From Narcine bancroftii (taxonomy: Eukaryota), in assembly GCF_036971445.1 (NCBI RefSeq), contig NC_091473.1:84630001-84694000 (forward strand): DNA of 64,000 nucleotides, written 5' to 3'. The notes under the pieces are model-generated. The model worked only from the letters and a program-made list of their open reading frames with translations. It had not been told where the DNA came from and searched no databases. A program made the translations under genes and the position numbers. This document shows, one piece after another, positions 60,958-64,000 of the stretch (position 1 is its first letter; every line of letters begins with the position of its first letter).

Positions 60958-61849
60958 CTGCAAAATAAGAGCACATTACAAATAAAATGGAGAAAAATAG
61001 CCATTCCTGGGAAAAGCTGATGTACAATGTGCATTCAGCTTGGAGATCATTATATTCAATCTTTGGACTCCAGTGCCAAAGCCAATAGCAGAGTGAAAGA
61101 TCAAATGCCTGGCCTCCAGCTCGTTCTTAAATGTTATAAATGTTCAGGTGTGGAAGTTAGGAACATGTTGAACCATTCAACACCTAGCTAGCAGTTCTTG
61201 ATGAAACCACAAGCTGAATAGAAGCAGGATCTAGCAGCTAGATTCTAGCCCATGAAATAAAGTTGAGGATATGATACAAAATGGAAAGCTCTGAGCATCT
61301 ACATATTCACACATGCATTTTGAAAGATCATTCTATTACCATTTCATGACTGTAGTTGAAGCTCAACTTCATGCACCCACAAAAGCTTATTTGCTAGTAA
61401 AGTTATCAGCCCCTTGTACATATTGCAAACCAAATGTGGTAATTGTTAATCTTCTCCATCAATACCACACTTGAATTCACCCCACTTCCCTCTCATCCCT
61501 AATATCTGATAAACTTATCCACACATACTCCACAGTTCATTTAAGATGCAGAATTCTGAAGATTCTTGCTCTCTAAATGAAGAAATCTCTTCATATCTCA
61601 GAAGAGATCCTTTGTATTCATTCAAGTTGTGAAACATTAGTGATGTAAAGTCCTGTAAGAATTTTGTAAGCTTCAATGAGATCTTAATTCTGGCCTATTA
61701 GTCCATTTTGCTTATACTGGTAACCACTTTTTTTTCAATAAATGAAGAAAGTGATAATTAAATGAATTGCTTCAGTTTTGATTATCTGTTTAGGCAGTCT
61801 GGCCTTGATAAATTGATACAATCTTCAAGAAAAATTCATTTATTCTCAC

Positions 61850-62023
61850 CATTGTAGATAGCTACTCCTGATCCACGGCGAGCCATGTTCATGGGTGAAA
61901 CCAAAGTCCAAGTGTTGTTCTCTGGATTATAACGCTCCACTGTATTCAGGCAATTCCATGACTCTGCACCTCCAACCACATATAGGTAGCCATCCAGTTC
62001 ACATACAGCAGCCTGATGTCTTC
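61850..62023 (-). CDS. IVNS1ABP: IVNS1ABP coding exon (174 nt)
   Basis: tattag|GA AGA CAT...AAT G|gtgaga, encoding [58 protein letters not shown]. Confidence 0.97.
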
Positions 62024-62206
62024 CTAATACAATATTTCAATGTTTTGGAATTAATGTTATATTTATAAAATTGTTCCAGAAGTTGAAAACAGCTAATTTA
62101 ATACTTGAAAATACTGAAATTAAAATTCCAGTGAAGTTCCTCAATATTTAAAAATGCCTTGTTCAATTCACTGCCCCTAGTTAGTCAAAGTTATGATTAT
62201 ACATAC

Positions 62207-62338
62207 GTGTATTCAGAGGAGCACAATTTGTCCAGATTTTTGAGACCGGATCAAAGCTATCACAATTTTTTAATCCTTTTTGTCCATATGGATCAGAACC
62301 ACCAACGATGTACAGTTTTCCATTCAGTGAACAAACAC
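62207..62338 (-). CDS. IVNS1ABP: IVNS1ABP coding exon (132 nt)
   Basis: gacag|GT GTT...ACA C|gtatgt, encoding [44 protein letters not shown]. Confidence 0.97.
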
Positions 62339-62412
62339 CTGTCAACCAACCAGAAATAATTTGTAATTGAACCAGAAACTCAACCATTCCATCAACTGTC
62401 ATAAACACTTAC

Positions 62413-62539
62413 CTGCATTACAGCGATTGGTACGAAGCTCGGGCACTGGAGTCCAATCACGAGTGTTGGGATTGTAAGTCTCACCGCAGCAAAGTTCATC
62501 CGAGTGGCCATTCGATCCTCCAGTTACATACAACTGACC
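62413..62539 (-). CDS. IVNS1ABP: IVNS1ABP coding exon (127 nt)
   Basis: ttgtag|GGT CAG...GCA G|gtaagt, encoding [42 protein letters not shown]. Confidence 0.97.
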
Positions 62540-62822
62540 CTACAACACCAAAACAATGCATTGGAGCACTTGAGTCTTTTGAAAGTTATTTTTAAACATT
62601 TTAGACAATGTTGTGCAGTTTGTTAATTCCTATTGATTACTGAAATAGATAAGTGTTAATTAGCAAGTCAAGAGTGCATAATGATGAAACAGTAGTTAAA
62701 AAAATGGACAAGGTTAAAAAAAAAGTTGGATTGACTAATTTTAGAGATTGGTGGATAAGACTCAAGGGGATAAATGATCTATTCCAGGTCCTATTTCTAG
62801 CTGTTAAGTTTTGGTCATTTAC

Positions 62823-62944
62823 CATGAGCACTGCCATCTGAAATCGTGCCCGCGGTGTCCTCATTGGAGCAATAAAGGTCCATCCATCTGTTGCAGGATC
62901 ATAGCACTCTACTGTTCGCAAGCATTCCTCACGATTATAGCCAC
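62823..62944 (-). CDS. IVNS1ABP: IVNS1ABP coding exon (122 nt); upstream exons lie beyond the window
   Basis: tattag|GT GGC...CTC ATG|gtaaat, encoding [41 protein letters not shown]. Confidence 0.97.
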
Positions 62945-63104
62945 CTAATAATCAGCCAAAACGCAAAGATTGAAATCTCTGGTCTGGAAAGGCCAATGGA
63001 AGCAAGATTATACACTAAATAACAAGACTTCACAACCACAACTTGCAAATAGAAATTAAAAGTGGGTAAATTACAACTTGTCAATAGAAAACCTCAAATT
63101 GAGA

Positions 63105-63180
63105 TAAATCCTGATGAAAGGCTCAGGCCTGAAATCTGACAGCCTTTTGCCTCCTATGGATGCTGCATGACCTACTGTCA
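63105..63180. mobile_element. Penelope-derived terminal fragment
   Basis: cctgatgaaaggctcaggcctgaaa..cctcctatggatgctgcatgacc, the reverse complement of the 30050-30140 motif. Confidence 0.55.
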
Positions 63181-63348
63181 AGGAAAAGGGCATTGTAATT
63201 ATCTGAGTTTTGTTCTAGAGTTAATGTGTGGATTTATAAAATATCTTATTATGAAATCATCTAAAAAGACTCAAATTTAAGAGTAGCATTGAATATCAAA
63301 TTTAATCACGTCCAAGGTGATGGTCTCTGCAAAGTCAAACATGGGTAT

Positions 63349-64000
63349 TGTGACAGAATATTTTGAGGTGGCTTGGGAGGAATTGCTAGAGAAACTTGCA
63401 CACATACATTTTAAACACAGGACTTTTGCAGAAAGAGCAACCAAGTTGCAGAATCCAGCTGGCCTGGGAGAGCATGTGATTTTTACTCTCAGAGAGGGAG
63501 GGTGTGAAACAGAGAGGAGTCACAGAAATCAGTTCCAAAAAGACAAAGCTGGCAAACTTTTGAAAGACTGCCTGGTCAAAGGAGAAGGCTGGCTGTCTGA
63601 AAGGTGACCTAAAAGAGGATAATCTGGAGAACCCTGAAGGGGGCAAGTTTCGTCAGCAAGGCTGACTGGAAAGGAATTAGTTGCAGATGTCCTGGAAAAG
63701 GAAACTCTCTGAAAACCAGCAAGAACCCTCCTAAGTGGTAGCCATTTGCCTGTTGAGCACTGGTGAACTTTGTTAATGGTAACTTCTGTGCACAGAACAA
63801 GAATTTCCTGCAACCTGTGAGATTGGACTGTGATCCAAAGAATTTTTCTAATCTTAAATATACATTACACATTACCTGTGCTTAGTATTAGAGGGGATTA
63901 AGTAACAAGTGAGAGTTAATTGTTTTCTTGCTCATATACAATTAAAAACTACTTTATTTTTTAGTACCCCTTTCTGTTGTGGTCTATATCTATTGCTGCT
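63349..64000. mobile_element. LTR related to 488-2645, opposite orientation, running off the window end; in an IVNS1ABP intron
   Basis: Starts tgtgacagaata, the reverse complement of tattctgtcaca at 2634-2645. The end block (cttagtattagagggg..tatctattgctgc) matches the reverse complement of ~515-660. Confidence 0.75.

Noticed and set aside
60958-61027. 5' extensions of the IVNS1ABP ORF-track entries (also 62339-62408 and 62637-62822)
   Set aside because: Intronic read-through outside canonical GT/AG boundaries. The 74-nt intron is not a multiple of 3, so retention would shift the frame.

Overview
Vertebrate genomic DNA, almost certainly a cartilaginous fish (ray or shark), inferred from the repeat inventory: CR1, fish-type L1, RTE, Rex1, Penelope and V-SINE/HE1-type SINEs. 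Two host genes converge tail-to-tail. The last three coding exons of SWT1 lie on the + strand (15082-15160, 19634/19637-19704, 42735-42840). All three are missed by the ORF track and were found by splice-site and phase reading. The last five coding exons of the kelch gene IVNS1ABP (NS1-BP) lie on the - strand (60698-62944). Most of the rest is transposon-derived: a young full-length antisense CR1 inside a SWT1 intron, a young near-full-length L1, older CR1/L1/RTE/Rex1/Penelope fragments, solo LTRs, SINEs and hAT/Tc1-type MITEs, often nested. I see no evidence for a wholly new gene system. The most unusual signals are in transposon architecture: (1) an L1 with the twin-priming 5'-inversion layout, (2) a 164-bp hairpin with hAT-like ends built from two inverted SINE tails, just upstream of a SWT1 exon, (3) a vestigial second copy of the ORF1 3' end in the L1 inter-ORF spacer, and (4) an L1 5' end embedded inside another L1. 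Family names come from motif recognition and remembered homologues, not database searches. Repeat boundaries are approximate unless a TSD or TIR is cited.
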